A stretch of DNA of 64,000 bases, taken from a virus. A program made the position numbers and the translations under genes. This document shows, in pieces, positions 20,082-30,508 of this stretch (position 1 is its first letter; each line of letters starts with the position of its first letter). Location: the IMG/VR virus record IMGVR_UViG_3300042691_015370, positions 80,888 to 144,887 of that record; one strand, written 5' to 3'. Below the pieces are notes generated by a model, which was not told the origin of the DNA, ran no database searches, and worked only from the letters and a program-made list of their open reading frames with translations.

Positions 20082-20581
20082 CAGTTAGTCCAGAAGTCCA
20101 TAAGCCCGTCACGCATCGCATAGTCCCGCTGACGGATCGAATCCACATAGATGGTGGAAACCCCATTGAGGGCCGAGAGACGCTCTAGGATGTCGTCACG
20201 CTGCTTTAGGAGAGAATCCAGCAGAGCCTTCAGTACCCCAGCGGACTGCTCAGTCTCGTACTCGACCGGGCCAGCCTTCGCCTTGAAGCGTGTCTTAATC
20301 TGCATAAGGTCGTTTTGCACTTTGTGCAGACCGCAGTAGAAGATCACAATTTGCTGAAGATCACGTCCAAAGGTTGCGGAGCCAGTGAGTGGCGAAACGA
20401 CACCATCCTCATTGCACGTAAATCCACTGATCAAACCATCGTTATATGCCATCCAAAATGCTGTCTTCAGACGACTAATCCACTCATCATCACTAACAGC
20501 ATCATAGAAATCGGCTTGGCCGGGGGCTGTAAGAGAGATAGCGAGATCTGGGATCAATTCAGAAAGATCTACGTTCGCCAT
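20081..20581 (-). CDS. Putative head-to-tail adaptor
   Basis: 166 aa, helical, with KAKAGPVEYE hairpin motif; downstream of the capsid genes. Confidence 0.55.
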   Translation of the reverse strand: MANVDLSELIPDLAISLTAPGQADFYDAVSDDEWISRLKTAFWMAYNDGLISGFTCNEDGVVSPLTGSATFGRDLQQIVIFYCGLHKVQNDLMQIKTRFKAKAGPVEYETEQSAGVLKALLDSLLKQRDDILERLSALNGVSTIYVDSIRQRDYAMRDGLMDFWTN

Positions 20582-20629
20582 GATTGCCTCCTATCGCATT
20601 AGAACGACATCCGGGGCAAAATTTCAAAC

Positions 20630-21172
20630 TCAGAAATCTACGTTACTAAAGCTCGTATTCTTCATCGGAGCGGGCGCAACAGCAGTCTGAGTGACCTCAA
20701 CTACATCCACGTTGCCACGAACCTCTGCCAGACGTGCCTCAATAGCCTTGTACTGAGCCATGGTCACATTTAGGCCAGACTCTTCTTCCTTTGCCATCTC
20801 GTTCATACGGGAAAGTGCAATGGCATTAGTGATCGTACCAAGACGGTTCTTGAACGCAGCGCCCTTGAGCTTGAAGATGTCACGCATGTCATCCTCAGAA
20901 AGAAGATTGGGATTGTTGGCAATCTCCTGATAATCCTCAGCAGTGTCAACAAGACGCACAGGCGTCAGAGTTCCATTCATGAACAGATCCTTGTCAGGCG
21001 AGGCAGCACGATCCTGATTGATCTGGCGTTCCTCGGTAGTAATCAGCACCTTTGCACCGGAACGAACCGGGGTGTGCTTCAGCTTGTTGGTGTGGGGGTC
21101 AATGGTTTGAATCCAGACCTCGCCAGCACCGGCATTAGTCCAAGTTTCCTTGTCAGTCTTGCTATCAGACAT
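20630..21172 (-). CDS. Hypothetical protein following major capsid gene
   Basis: 180-aa ORF with AGGAG RBS. Confidence 0.65.
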   Translation of the reverse strand: MSDSKTDKETWTNAGAGEVWIQTIDPHTNKLKHTPVRSGAKVLITTEERQINQDRAASPDKDLFMNGTLTPVRLVDTAEDYQEIANNPNLLSEDDMRDIFKLKGAAFKNRLGTITNAIALSRMNEMAKEEESGLNVTMAQYKAIEARLAEVRGNVDVVEVTQTAVAPAPMKNTSFSNVDF

Positions 21173-21237
21173 AAAAATCTCCTATCGTCCTTTAATCATC
21201 ATACACCATCCGCAGGTGCATTAAACACAAAAAACAC

Positions 21238-21272
21238 AATGGGGAAGAAGGCCGAAGCCTCCTTCCCCATTT
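21238..21272 (-). terminator. Terminator after major capsid gene
   Basis: AATGGGGAAG...CTTCCCCATT hairpin followed by a T-rich tract on the minus strand. Confidence 0.7.
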
Positions 21273-21291
21273 ACGTGCCACCTAACTCTTA

Positions 21292-22236
21292 TCAGAGAGA
21301 GGTATCGACAATGCGGCGAAGCCGGTCGGGACGATGAACAACGCCACCGAACTCCTTCTTGCCTAGGAAGTGCCAGTACCAGTTGTCTTCCTCAACGAAT
21401 TCCTTCGTCTTCATGCCGCCCCAGAAGGCGAACTTAGAAGCGTCGGTTGACATGACGTACATCTCGTTGTCGGGGAAGAACGGTACATCGTTCTCATCGG
21501 TGTAGTTCGTGAGCGAAACGATGTTCGCACCACGGTACGTACCGAGTAGACCACGGCGCACCATTTCCTCGTTGGTAGCAGGCAGGAAGCCTGAACCATT
21601 GTAGGAAGAACCGAGTAGCTCATCCATGATCTGCTCAGTCATCGTGGGGCGACCAAGGATGGTCACGTTACGAGTCTTGGAAGCGTCACGAACGCCAGCG
21701 AGAGCGGCGTTTAGCTGAGCTAGCGACACGCCTGACCCAGAAACGTAGCTGGGGCTGGAGTTGTCGGGGATAGCGGCTTGGAACAGAGATAGAACACGCT
21801 GGTTAACCATTGCGTCCATGCGCTGAATTGCTAGGTCAACTAGAGTAGTCGCAGTCTCTGCGAAGTTAGTCTCTAGCTTCTCTTCGAACTCAGTTACGTG
21901 GAAACCAATGATGTCACGGGGAATCTCCATGACCTCACTGTGTAGCGTGCTAGCCTCAATGTAACCACCACGAGCAAGCCAGAAAGCCTTCAGGCCACGA
22001 GTCTCTTTCACGAATGAACGACCGGTGAATGGAAGGTTCTCTACCTCAGCCATAAGCGCTAGCAGGTTCTCATGCTGGAAACCCTCATAGATGGTTTCCG
22101 TCATCTCCTGAGCACGCTCACGACGCCAAGTGGGGTTATCGAAGTTCTGAGCAGCCTCTTCGTTCAGAAGCTGTACCTTCTTGCGGAGGGCTTCAAGCTC
22201 AGGATCAGTTTTACCGTATAGTTTAATGCTTGACAT
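21292..22236 (-). CDS. Major capsid protein (HK97 fold)
   Basis: 314 aa following portal, protease, scaffold and decoration genes, with a terminator after it. GLLGTYRGANIV motif. Confidence 0.85.
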   Translation of the reverse strand: MSSIKLYGKTDPELEALRKKVQLLNEEAAQNFDNPTWRRERAQEMTETIYEGFQHENLLALMAEVENLPFTGRSFVKETRGLKAFWLARGGYIEASTLHSEVMEIPRDIIGFHVTEFEEKLETNFAETATTLVDLAIQRMDAMVNQRVLSLFQAAIPDNSSPSYVSGSGVSLAQLNAALAGVRDASKTRNVTILGRPTMTEQIMDELLGSSYNGSGFLPATNEEMVRRGLLGTYRGANIVSLTNYTDENDVPFFPDNEMYVMSTDASKFAFWGGMKTKEFVEEDNWYWHFLGKKEFGGVVHRPDRLRRIVDTSL

Positions 22237-22252
22237 TTTAGTTAACCCCCTC

Positions 22253-22810
22253 TCAGAAGTTCAGGCGAGCTTCAACTTCGCCAGTAGTAGTGTTAACAGC
22301 GGTTACGATGAGCCATGCGTTAGCGGCAGTCTCAGTCTTGGCCCAGTACCCATCAGTGTCGTTACCAACACCGGGGGTAAGGAAATCGCCAACCTCGACA
22401 CCAACAGTGGCGCCAACCTCATCAACCATTGTGCGAGCAGCAGGGTAACCAGTTCTCACTAGGAACCCAGTATCCTCGGTGTTCTTAAAGGCAACCTTGA
22501 CAGTGGTACCATTTACGACCTGAACAGCCTTCCCAGCGGGAGCGGTGTCGAAGTCGGAGTAGGTGTTCTCTGCGGGGTCTACGCCAGTGAACTGGATATG
22601 CTCAAATACTAGAATACCGCCAGTGCCGGGAGCAGGCTTAGCCTGAGCACCGGTAGCAAGCTCAACACCTAGACGACCGAGATCGTCAGTGTCACCACTT
22701 AGAACAACAGGGGCACCAATTGGCTGGGCCGTGTCGTCTAGGTAGTAGCGACCTGCACGTTCACCCTGACGAGGTGTTACACGAAATTCGAAATTACGAC
22801 CGTATGACAT
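22253..22810 (-). CDS. Putative capsid decoration/cement protein
   Basis: 185 aa, Gly/Thr-rich, between scaffold and capsid genes. Confidence 0.6.
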   Translation of the reverse strand: MSYGRNFEFRVTPRQGERAGRYYLDDTAQPIGAPVVLSGDTDDLGRLGVELATGAQAKPAPGTGGILVFEHIQFTGVDPAENTYSDFDTAPAGKAVQVVNGTTVKVAFKNTEDTGFLVRTGYPAARTMVDEVGATVGVEVGDFLTPGVGNDTDGYWAKTETAANAWLIVTAVNTTTGEVEARLNF

Positions 22811-22833
22811 TGTGGAATCCTCCTTTCAGGGGA

Positions 22834-23535
22834 TCAGTTAAGGGTACGAACGTCAACGCCAGCGTTGCGCGCACCAAATACATCGGCAGCAACGGACTTA
22901 TTGCCGTTGGACTGCTCACGAACATTGCTCATAGCCGTCTCACGCGGGATCGCTGGATTAGCGTCACCCTCGTGGGAAGCGGCAGTAGAAACCTTGAGAT
23001 CTTCGATGTAAGAATCGAATTCCTCATCGGACATTGCGACAAAGGCATCAAGGCGATCCTCAATACGCTCATCACTCATAGAGGTCTGGTCCTTGACAGC
23101 AGCACGCCGAGCCTCTCTACGAGCCTCTAGCTCAGCAGCTTCGGCCTTGGCAGTTTCCTCGGCCTCAAGGTACGCAACAAGATCGTTGTAGCGCTTCTCG
23201 GCATCGGAAACACGAATCTCAGCCTTGTCAAGCTCAGCCTGTAGCTTCTCAATCTCTGTCTTGGCCTCGGCCTCATCGGCCTCATCCTTCAGAGCCTGAA
23301 TCTGCGCTTCTAGGTCAGCGACCTTGGCTTCGGCATCTGCGCTGGCGGTGGCAACAGCCTCCTGCACCGCAGTGTTGAACTCATCTTCGGTAAAAGTCTT
23401 CATGTCACCCCCTCCAGTGGAGTTATCGTCATCTAAAGATAGATTGGGATTGCAGTGGGGACATCCCTCTGCATCGTGTTCAGCGCCTTCCGGCTTCTCT
23501 GCCAACCACTTGTCATGAAGTTCTTTGAGGTTCAT
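22834..23535 (-). CDS. Scaffolding protein
   Basis: Acidic Ala/Glu-rich coiled coil (KTFTEDEFNTAVQEA...), upstream of the capsid gene. Confidence 0.75.
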   Translation of the reverse strand: MNLKELHDKWLAEKPEGAEHDAEGCPHCNPNLSLDDDNSTGGGDMKTFTEDEFNTAVQEAVATASADAEAKVADLEAQIQALKDEADEAEAKTEIEKLQAELDKAEIRVSDAEKRYNDLVAYLEAEETAKAEAAELEARREARRAAVKDQTSMSDERIEDRLDAFVAMSDEEFDSYIEDLKVSTAASHEGDANPAIPRETAMSNVREQSNGNKSVAADVFGARNAGVDVRTLN

Positions 23536-23585
23536 AGGGAAATCCTTTAGTCGCTGAACTAAGTATCGTCAGTGTGAAATATGAA

Positions 23586-24350
23586 TTAAGTAACCGGCTG
23601 GTCTTTAAATGTTCTTTCAATGATTTTGAACATCATCATTTCCCACTCTTGGGGAGAAAGGTCAGGCGATTCACTTGCAATAGATGTCACTAACTTATGC
23701 TTTTCTTCATCAGAAATAAGCTGCGATAGCTCATTTACTGAGGCGTTCTTCCAACCGGGGCGATCAGGCGGATAGATCAGAGCACCGCCCAAAAACAGCG
23801 GCTTGTTAAGCTGACGGCTTGATTCACGGGAGAGAATGTGGTCGCAATAAGTCTCAGACATCGGACCCGCATAATCGAACTCCTGCCCACAACCATTGGG
23901 GCCTGCGCAAGTAACTGACTCAGCCACACACTCCATGCTCTGGTACAAAGCGCCAACACCGTGAGCAGCTTCAACCATGGCAAGCTCATCTGGGAAGTAG
24001 TACTTCCAGAAGGCACCAACCGTCTCGACATAAGGATTGGCATCAGCGTAATCTGGGTAGATCAACTCGGAGCTAACAATGGTGCCAACGATGGAGCGTG
24101 ACTTGTGAGCAAGATTCATTGGCGTATGACTGATGGAGTACTGACTCTCTCGCAGATCCTCCAAGGACCACTGCTGACCGTTGCTATTGGCGTTATCTGC
24201 CTCTACATAAGAACCAACGATCCAGCGAATGGCCGGGTTCTTGACGATATGCTTTGAAGCCCACTCAGATGCAGTGTCACGATCAAGGTCGATCAATCTC
24301 ACGGGTGCGCTAACAAATAATGAATTCTTGCCCTCAGTAAAAACGGTCAT
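23586..24350 (-). CDS. Capsid maturation protease
   Basis: Between portal and scaffold. NSNGQQW, MNLAH, QSMEC and FLGGALI motifs. Confidence 0.65.
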   Translation of the reverse strand: MTVFTEGKNSLFVSAPVRLIDLDRDTASEWASKHIVKNPAIRWIVGSYVEADNANSNGQQWSLEDLRESQYSISHTPMNLAHKSRSIVGTIVSSELIYPDYADANPYVETVGAFWKYYFPDELAMVEAAHGVGALYQSMECVAESVTCAGPNGCGQEFDYAGPMSETYCDHILSRESSRQLNKPLFLGGALIYPPDRPGWKNASVNELSQLISDEEKHKLVTSIASESPDLSPQEWEMMMFKIIERTFKDQPVT

Positions 24351-24376
24351 GATCGCTCCTTACGCTCTAGCTAACG

Positions 24377-26011
24377 TCAGCCTCTGTTCTTTTTTGAATC
24401 TGGTCGGCCCTTGGTATCAGGGTTCGGCTTGTTTGAATCAGCGTTGCGACCGCCACCATTACTGTTGCCTCCACCAGTGTTACCACCCGTCTTGCCGTCA
24501 ACCGGCGAATCGAATGGCACATGCACTGGAGTGAAGATATCATCATAATACTTAGCTTCACGCTGACGCTTGATAGCCTCGTCCGACTGAATGATGTCAA
24601 GCTCAGCGAGCACGGTGGTACGAGAAACCTCGCCCATACCACGAAGGTCAAGCAAGAACTGAGCAATATTGGGATCGAAGTCGAGCGCAATACGTCGCGG
24701 GTAGAACGCCATCCGTGGTGGTGACTTCAGCTTGGGATTCATCTTGAAAACTTCCGCAAAGACGTGGTTCATGAACGAATCACGAATTTGGTCACGACGA
24801 GCCTCCATCGAAGAAGCAACAACTCGCATCAACTTGATCGAATCGTCACTCGCAGTGCCAGACGAGTAATTGCCGGTAGAAAGAATCTGGAACATGCGAG
24901 AAGTGATGCGAGAATCAATGCCGTTGTACTTCTCAGCAGACAGGTAATCCAAGTCTGGAGTGATGATCTCAATCTCAAGCCTGTGATCAGACACGATAAT
25001 AGGAATGCGAGAGGTGGTCTTAACCTCGTTAGCTACCTGTTGTAGCTCTGCTGCCTGCGCTGGTCGAGAGTCATCACCCTTCTTGACCAGAATGATCGCA
25101 TTCGTGCTACCAAGGATTGTGGCACGATCCATCTCACGTAGAAGGTGCTTCAGGTCTAGAAGCTCAAAGACGGACTCCATACGCACATCAGCAAAACGCC
25201 GGTAGCTGGGTCGAGTGGAGGTAATCCGCCAGACGTTACGGGGATTTAGTAGGTATGTACGACCATCAAGATCTGACTCACCTGTGATGTCAGCAATAAG
25301 TTTTCTCTCATTCTTGTGATCATCGTCTTCAATAGGGTACCTAGCGCTAATAAGCTGACTAACCACAAGATCAGAAGAGTTGTCACCAGCAAGAACATTG
25401 TCAAATTCACGCACTTCACTACGATCAGCAAGGTATACTAGCTTTTCTTGACCAAACATGAAGTTGCCAACAGGAACAACTTTCAGAGGATCTAGGTACG
25501 TCACCCCAATAGGAACAGTCAAAGCGCCAAACTGCTTGCGGCTGCCAGTCGCCTTGAACTGCTTCTTCTGATACAACACTGCGGGGTATGCCTGAGAGAT
25601 GGTGAAAACTTCACGCCAGCCTTCTCGCAGACGCTCAGAAAGATCAATCTCATCGATAATCTGATTCCAGATATCTTCCTCAAGCTCATCATCGCATTCC
25701 ATGTTGATGCGCTTGAATGCTAGTTGCTCAGTGGTTTCAACGACACTAGAAATAACATCGTCAGTACGTACTGCATCGGCAGCTAGCCTGAACTTGTCAA
25801 AAATGTTGTCTGGCGACACCCACTTATCTCTGTTGAAGATAGTACCCTTACGGGTCGCTCCCTGACGAGACTGTGACCACTTACGCAGTGTGGCGATCTC
25901 AGGAGCCTGACTTTCAATTGCCTGCCTGATATCTTCAGTTGAAACTTCGGTATCATTGATGATAGCAATACCATATTCTGGATCGTATTCTATCTCTGAG
26001 CCTTCTGCCAT
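24377..26011 (-). CDS. Portal protein
   Basis: About 544 aa downstream of terminase and upstream of the protease. Confidence 0.8.
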   Translation of the reverse strand: MAEGSEIEYDPEYGIAIINDTEVSTEDIRQAIESQAPEIATLRKWSQSRQGATRKGTIFNRDKWVSPDNIFDKFRLAADAVRTDDVISSVVETTEQLAFKRINMECDDELEEDIWNQIIDEIDLSERLREGWREVFTISQAYPAVLYQKKQFKATGSRKQFGALTVPIGVTYLDPLKVVPVGNFMFGQEKLVYLADRSEVREFDNVLAGDNSSDLVVSQLISARYPIEDDDHKNERKLIADITGESDLDGRTYLLNPRNVWRITSTRPSYRRFADVRMESVFELLDLKHLLREMDRATILGSTNAIILVKKGDDSRPAQAAELQQVANEVKTTSRIPIIVSDHRLEIEIITPDLDYLSAEKYNGIDSRITSRMFQILSTGNYSSGTASDDSIKLMRVVASSMEARRDQIRDSFMNHVFAEVFKMNPKLKSPPRMAFYPRRIALDFDPNIAQFLLDLRGMGEVSRTTVLAELDIIQSDEAIKRQREAKYYDDIFTPVHVPFDSPVDGKTGGNTGGGNSNGGGRNADSNKPNPDTKGRPDSKKNRG

Positions 26012-26013
26012 GG

Positions 26014-26319
26014 TCAACCCTTCGCCATATCCCACTCATCTTTAACGAGTGTGCCCATTCTGGACCAAATCTTGTCTTGAAAAACACATTCGTTGAGGAA
26101 CGGTATAATTTCTTCGTATCGGAAATCTTTAGCTTTTCGACTTTCTTTAGGAGCCATTGCTGAACTCATAAACCTTGCACGCACCGAGAACGCTGAGATC
26201 ATGGGGAGAATTTCTTTGGGATCTTGAATGTCTTGAAAAGTCCACATTTTCTCAAGATAACCCATCAATTCCTCTCTCCAAGCCACAATTGTCTCGTCCA
26301 AACTTCTGGTTGTCATCAA
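26014..26319 (-). CDS. Hypothetical protein
   Basis: 101-aa ORF between terminase and portal. Confidence 0.6.
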   Translation of the reverse strand: MMTTRSLDETIVAWREELMGYLEKMWTFQDIQDPKEILPMISAFSVRARFMSSAMAPKESRKAKDFRYEEIIPFLNECVFQDKIWSRMGTLVKDEWDMAKG

Positions 26320-26615
26320 TTATCTCCAACGGTAACGTCTTTAGGACTGTAAAAATCAATAAGCTCATCGACATCAAGGATGATGTTCCCACCTTCTGTG
26401 ACAAAACCCTTGAATCTCACGACCATCATATCACTATTGGTCTTGACGACGACGTTAACGACGGCTGCATGGGCAAAGTGTTCGTCGCAGAGCACGACAC
26501 TGAGTTTCTTAAAGGGGTCGATTCGCAGCAGACCGTCCTCGCCGCAAATGAAGCACTTACAAAAAGACCATTGGTGGGGGCTTCCAGATATCTTCTTTGC
26601 TTTTAACAAATTCAT
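26316..26615 (-). CDS. Hypothetical protein with CxxC...CxxH motif (start uncertain, overlaps terminase end)
   Basis: KCFICGE...LCDEH; fills the gap between terminase and the next gene. Confidence 0.4.
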   Translation of the reverse strand: MNLLKAKKISGSPHQWSFCKCFICGEDGLLRIDPFKKLSVVLCDEHFAHAAVVNVVVKTNSDMMVVRFKGFVTEGGNIILDVDELIDFYSPKDVTVGDN

Positions 26616-28245
26616 TAATCGCTTCTTGCTGGTACGCAAGAACAGCCATACGGCACGCATCAAGAGTGTGGAATTGCCCTGCGCTGTATAGCTTTTTGCG
26701 ACCGTAAGCGTCCAAAGCCGATTTAGAATAGGTCCAAGTTTGGCCCTGAAACTCTCCAATAATCGATTTGTCATATGGGAGAATAAGTCGATACTGGTCC
26801 ACCATACCTCTGAGAACATCGGTACTCCATTCTAGAACGTTGCGCTTAATGGCTGCCTCTTCCCATCCGTTTGGATCGTTTTCATCGATTTTGACACCAT
26901 CGTCAAACTCAGCGATTACCTTCTCAGAAAAGTTGTAGCCCTTTATTCTTGGGACAATGTGCTTAATCTCTGGTCGCTTACGGGCCATATTCTGAACCTG
27001 CTGGAACAGAGGAAAGCCTGCCCCGGTCGCATCAATAGCAAAGGCTCGTGGCCTATACAGATCAAGCAAATGAATAATTGCATCTGCCTGATCATCGGTT
27101 GCAACCTTCTTCAAAAGAATTCTTGCCAGCAACTTCAGCTTTGTGGGATTCTTGCCCTGCGGGGCTTCTGCAAATACGACAATGGATGATGGAGCAAGTG
27201 TCCAACCAACGTCCATGCCAATCCAAAAGTTCTCATACTTTAAATGACTACCGGGCATATCCAACAATTGCTCAATACACTCAACGTCACGCACCATAGA
27301 CTCATCAATAGATGGACTAACATACTCATTAAGGTTAAAGTCGCTACTGGTGTCGATATCTACATTTTCCATCAATCGGTAAAGAACAAAGATGGGTGAG
27401 TTCTGGTCACCCGGCAGACCATAGATATTACGGCGATAGTCAACAGCATCTGTTGAGCCACCATACTCACGGATATTGCGCTCTCGTTCAGCATCGTTCC
27501 AAGTAGGGCGATACATAGCTGGAAGTGCGTGAACTTTCCAGCCAGAGTCAGGCTGACAGCGCTCATCGAACCCACCACCAACACCTCTGGTCACGCCGTG
27601 AGCACGCCACCTTGCACGAGCGTCACCTTCCTTCAGTGTCGGTGCAATTTCAGCCCATGCCTGTTCGGGCCAGTCAGAAGCCTCATCCATCTCCAGCCAA
27701 ATGGGGTGAGTACCTTTGATGCCCTTACCGTCACGCTGTGGAATACGACCCATGATACGTGCGCCATTGGCAAAGTTGATCATGAATGGCCGATGCTTAA
27801 TGCCACCTCTGCCCTTGGATACCATCTCACGAGCCAACCGACAGTTCGTATACAGCGTCTCAACGTTATCGGTCACAGCATCCAAGTGGACACCCTCAGG
27901 AGCGGTAATAATCATCTCACCCCCGGGGTGGAGAAAGGGAAACGCAAAGGTTCGAAGCTTGATCGACAACGACTTACCAACCGAACGACTAGCTCGGTCG
28001 ATCTGTAGCTTGTCGTCACAACGCCACCACGCCCACTGAAACGGCCAAGCCCGGAAGCAGCCATCACCGGGCTGGAAAGTCATCTCGCCCTGTTCGTTCA
28101 GGACAGGTTCGCCATTTTCGTCAAGAATTGGTTCTGTCTTAGTATCATCAATAAAGGCAAACTCAGCCTGATCCAGACCAGACTCATCAGACAAGATTGC
28201 CCACAAGTAGCACTCTTCTTCCGATAAAGCTTCGTAGACAGCCAT
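26557..28245 (-). CDS. Terminase large subunit
   Basis: Walker A-like ASRSVGKS, Walker B LEMDEA, RNase H-like IGMDVG and AIDATGAG, C-terminal HTLDA. Confidence 0.92.
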   Translation of the reverse strand: MAVYEALSEEECYLWAILSDESGLDQAEFAFIDDTKTEPILDENGEPVLNEQGEMTFQPGDGCFRAWPFQWAWWRCDDKLQIDRASRSVGKSLSIKLRTFAFPFLHPGGEMIITAPEGVHLDAVTDNVETLYTNCRLAREMVSKGRGGIKHRPFMINFANGARIMGRIPQRDGKGIKGTHPIWLEMDEASDWPEQAWAEIAPTLKEGDARARWRAHGVTRGVGGGFDERCQPDSGWKVHALPAMYRPTWNDAERERNIREYGGSTDAVDYRRNIYGLPGDQNSPIFVLYRLMENVDIDTSSDFNLNEYVSPSIDESMVRDVECIEQLLDMPGSHLKYENFWIGMDVGWTLAPSSIVVFAEAPQGKNPTKLKLLARILLKKVATDDQADAIIHLLDLYRPRAFAIDATGAGFPLFQQVQNMARKRPEIKHIVPRIKGYNFSEKVIAEFDDGVKIDENDPNGWEEAAIKRNVLEWSTDVLRGMVDQYRLILPYDKSIIGEFQGQTWTYSKSALDAYGRKKLYSAGQFHTLDACRMAVLAYQQEAINEFVKSKEDIWKPPPMVFL

Positions 28246-28246
28246 G

Positions 28247-28765
28247 TCATTGCACCTTTGAAAACTTCAGATACCATGCAGTAGCAGTTTCAGGAGAATC
28301 ACGTAACAACGAGTCTATCACAACAATCGTCTTAGCAATCCTATATTCAATAAAGAAGGACGGATGCTTCTTGAATGCATGAGCAATCTTTTCCATCGTC
28401 TCAAACGAAGGATGGGCATCACCTTGGAGCAAGCGCTGAACATAGGACTTTCCGAGTCCGGTCTTGGCGGCGATTCCTCTGATAGAAAAACCTTGTGTCA
28501 TGTAACGGAACGTCTCATGAAAATCGAACTCAGAGAAGTCCTCGTCACTGACACGAGCCAACCGCTGCAAGGCTTCGGCACGATCAAGAGTCGGGCGTTT
28601 ACCCGGCCTTGAACCACGACTGCCAGATTTCAAAACATCGCCCAACAGACGTGCAAAGATGTCCGAGTCTTGGCGCAAAAGATCAGACCAGTTGACATCC
28701 ACAACCTCTGGATACTGTGACGTGATGCGTCTGTACTTTTCCTCCCAAGGAATCTTCTTAGCCAT
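28247..28765 (-). CDS. XRE-family HTH protein
   Basis: SIRGIAAKTGLGKSYVQRLLQGDAHPSFETMEKIAHAF. Confidence 0.8.
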   Translation of the reverse strand: MAKKIPWEEKYRRITSQYPEVVDVNWSDLLRQDSDIFARLLGDVLKSGSRGSRPGKRPTLDRAEALQRLARVSDEDFSEFDFHETFRYMTQGFSIRGIAAKTGLGKSYVQRLLQGDAHPSFETMEKIAHAFKKHPSFFIEYRIAKTIVVIDSLLRDSPETATAWYLKFSKVQ

Positions 28766-29420
28766 TAATCTCTGTCCTAATCCAATATTGCTGATTTTCA
28801 CGGAGAGCAGCATCGATCTCGTCAAACTCTTTGAACTGGTCTTTCAGCCAACCAACAATGTCTTCCAAGTTCGCATTAAACTCTTTGCGCTCAGCCGCAT
28901 TGGAGTTCTCATATAGAGTGATTAAACCACGCAGTTCCATCAAAATGGTAATAGCACGCACAGCTTGCTTGTTACGAGTAATGCCCCATTCCTTCGCTCT
29001 TACTCCAAGATTCTTGACATAATCAGCTACAGACTCACCCTGATCCTTGTCACGAGTAGCCTTGTCGATACCCAAGTCTTTCTTGATTCCACGAATCTCT
29101 CGGGAAAAGATGTCTAGTGACTTCTGTAATTCATTAGCATTAATCTTACGACCCTTGTAATCCTCACCCATCGTCAGCCATTGACTAGCCCGGTAGGCAG
29201 CAATTTCAAAGGTAAGAATACGATCAAGTTCCAAAAGATCAGAAATGTTCTTGAAACTATTATCCTGACGGTATCGATCAGCGATGCGGTTATAGTGCTC
29301 TAATTCATCAATGGTCATCAATGTGACCTTGGCACCGGATGGAGATGTAACTTCAAAAGACTCTTCATCATCAGCTTCATCTTCATCCATGATGTTACCG
29401 ATGTTGAAATCCTGATTCAT
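28758..29420 (-). CDS. Putative terminase small subunit
   Basis: 220-aa helical ORF upstream of TerL, with IKKDLGIDKATR resembling P27-type TerS C-termini. Confidence 0.5.
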   Translation of the reverse strand: MNQDFNIGNIMDEDEADDEESFEVTSPSGAKVTLMTIDELEHYNRIADRYRQDNSFKNISDLLELDRILTFEIAAYRASQWLTMGEDYKGRKINANELQKSLDIFSREIRGIKKDLGIDKATRDKDQGESVADYVKNLGVRAKEWGITRNKQAVRAITILMELRGLITLYENSNAAERKEFNANLEDIVGWLKDQFKEFDEIDAALRENQQYWIRTEING

Positions 29421-29473
29421 AGGGTTCCTTTCGTCTCAAAGATCTGTATCGGAATGAGGGACATTTAATTGAC

Positions 29474-30508
29474 CTAAAGATTGCTCATAACGTCCAGATA
29501 AACCGATTTGAGACTCTGCCAAGAATGCTCTTGTGCCCATTGATCAGCCCACTGAGAATACTCAATAACCTTGTCAGGATTTCCCCTTAACCAAAGAATC
29601 TTTTCGGCAATATCTCTAGGATCAGATTCCCAAACATCAATGGTATTGCGGGTTTCAATCGTCTTTATTTTGTGTGCAGGTACTCGCAATTCTTCAGGCA
29701 CCCAAAAAGTCTGAGGGGAACAATCAGACACGATAATGGGCATACCACACGACAAAGCTTCTTGAATAGGAAGACACAAGCCACCAAACTTCCTAGGAAA
29801 AAGAAACACATCTCCCGATTCATACAGTTCGGCTGGAGAATCAACTGCACCTACGGTGAACTTAATATTGCGCTTGTTGCGAATGTCTCGGATGGGACGC
29901 TGAGATCTAATGTTGAGAGTTATATTCTCATCGATGTAGTCCATTGCTTTGGCTGACAAGACCGTTCCATTACGGTCCTCCATTGCAACAGTACCAGCCG
30001 TATGCAGAAGTGAACCGAGACTGGTTCGTGGCTTGTAGGGAAACATCTCTCTATCAACTGGCACAGGCAAAAGCTGAACATTGCGTCCGGGCAGTTGTTC
30101 TCTCACGGTGTCGAGGTACCAAGGAGAGGGAGCGGCAAACAGATCAGGCTCAGGTAATGAGTTCCTGCTGTAGTCAAGGAACTCAAAATTGAATTGCAGA
30201 ACCGTCTTTACAGAAAGTTCTCTAGCTCTTTCAAAGAGCCAATAGTTATATGGCGTCTCACAGGTAAAGACAACATCAAGGTCACGCAAGAAATCCTCAA
30301 TCACCGGATCACTCTGAACTGTCAGATCTGGATAAAGTCGATCATTCCACATCTGAGCACCGGGATACAAAGACATCACCGGCTTGCGACGAGAGTGTCG
30401 TGACAGGTCAACAACCAAGGTCTTAGATGGCTGTAGGTGCCGCCAAAGGGCGTGAGTCTGAACCGACAGACCGGTGAAATCTGCCCGAGCTATGAGTCCG
30501 ATTCTCAT
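29474..30508 (-). CDS. GT-B (GT4-like) glycosyltransferase
   Basis: DVFLFPRKFGGLCLPIQEALSCGMPIIVSD signature. Confidence 0.9.
   Translation of the reverse strand: MRIGLIARADFTGLSVQTHALWRHLQPSKTLVVDLSRHSRRKPVMSLYPGAQMWNDRLYPDLTVQSDPVIEDFLRDLDVVFTCETPYNYWLFERARELSVKTVLQFNFEFLDYSRNSLPEPDLFAAPSPWYLDTVREQLPGRNVQLLPVPVDREMFPYKPRTSLGSLLHTAGTVAMEDRNGTVLSAKAMDYIDENITLNIRSQRPIRDIRNKRNIKFTVGAVDSPAELYESGDVFLFPRKFGGLCLPIQEALSCGMPIIVSDCSPQTFWVPEELRVPAHKIKTIETRNTIDVWESDPRDIAEKILWLRGNPDKVIEYSQWADQWAQEHSWQSLKSVYLDVMSNL

Noticed and set aside
26540-26575. Frameshift from the terminase end (TTTTTG) into the downstream zinc-finger ORF
   Set aside because: It would need a +1 shift with no canonical signal; an overlapping ATG at 26615 explains the ORF.
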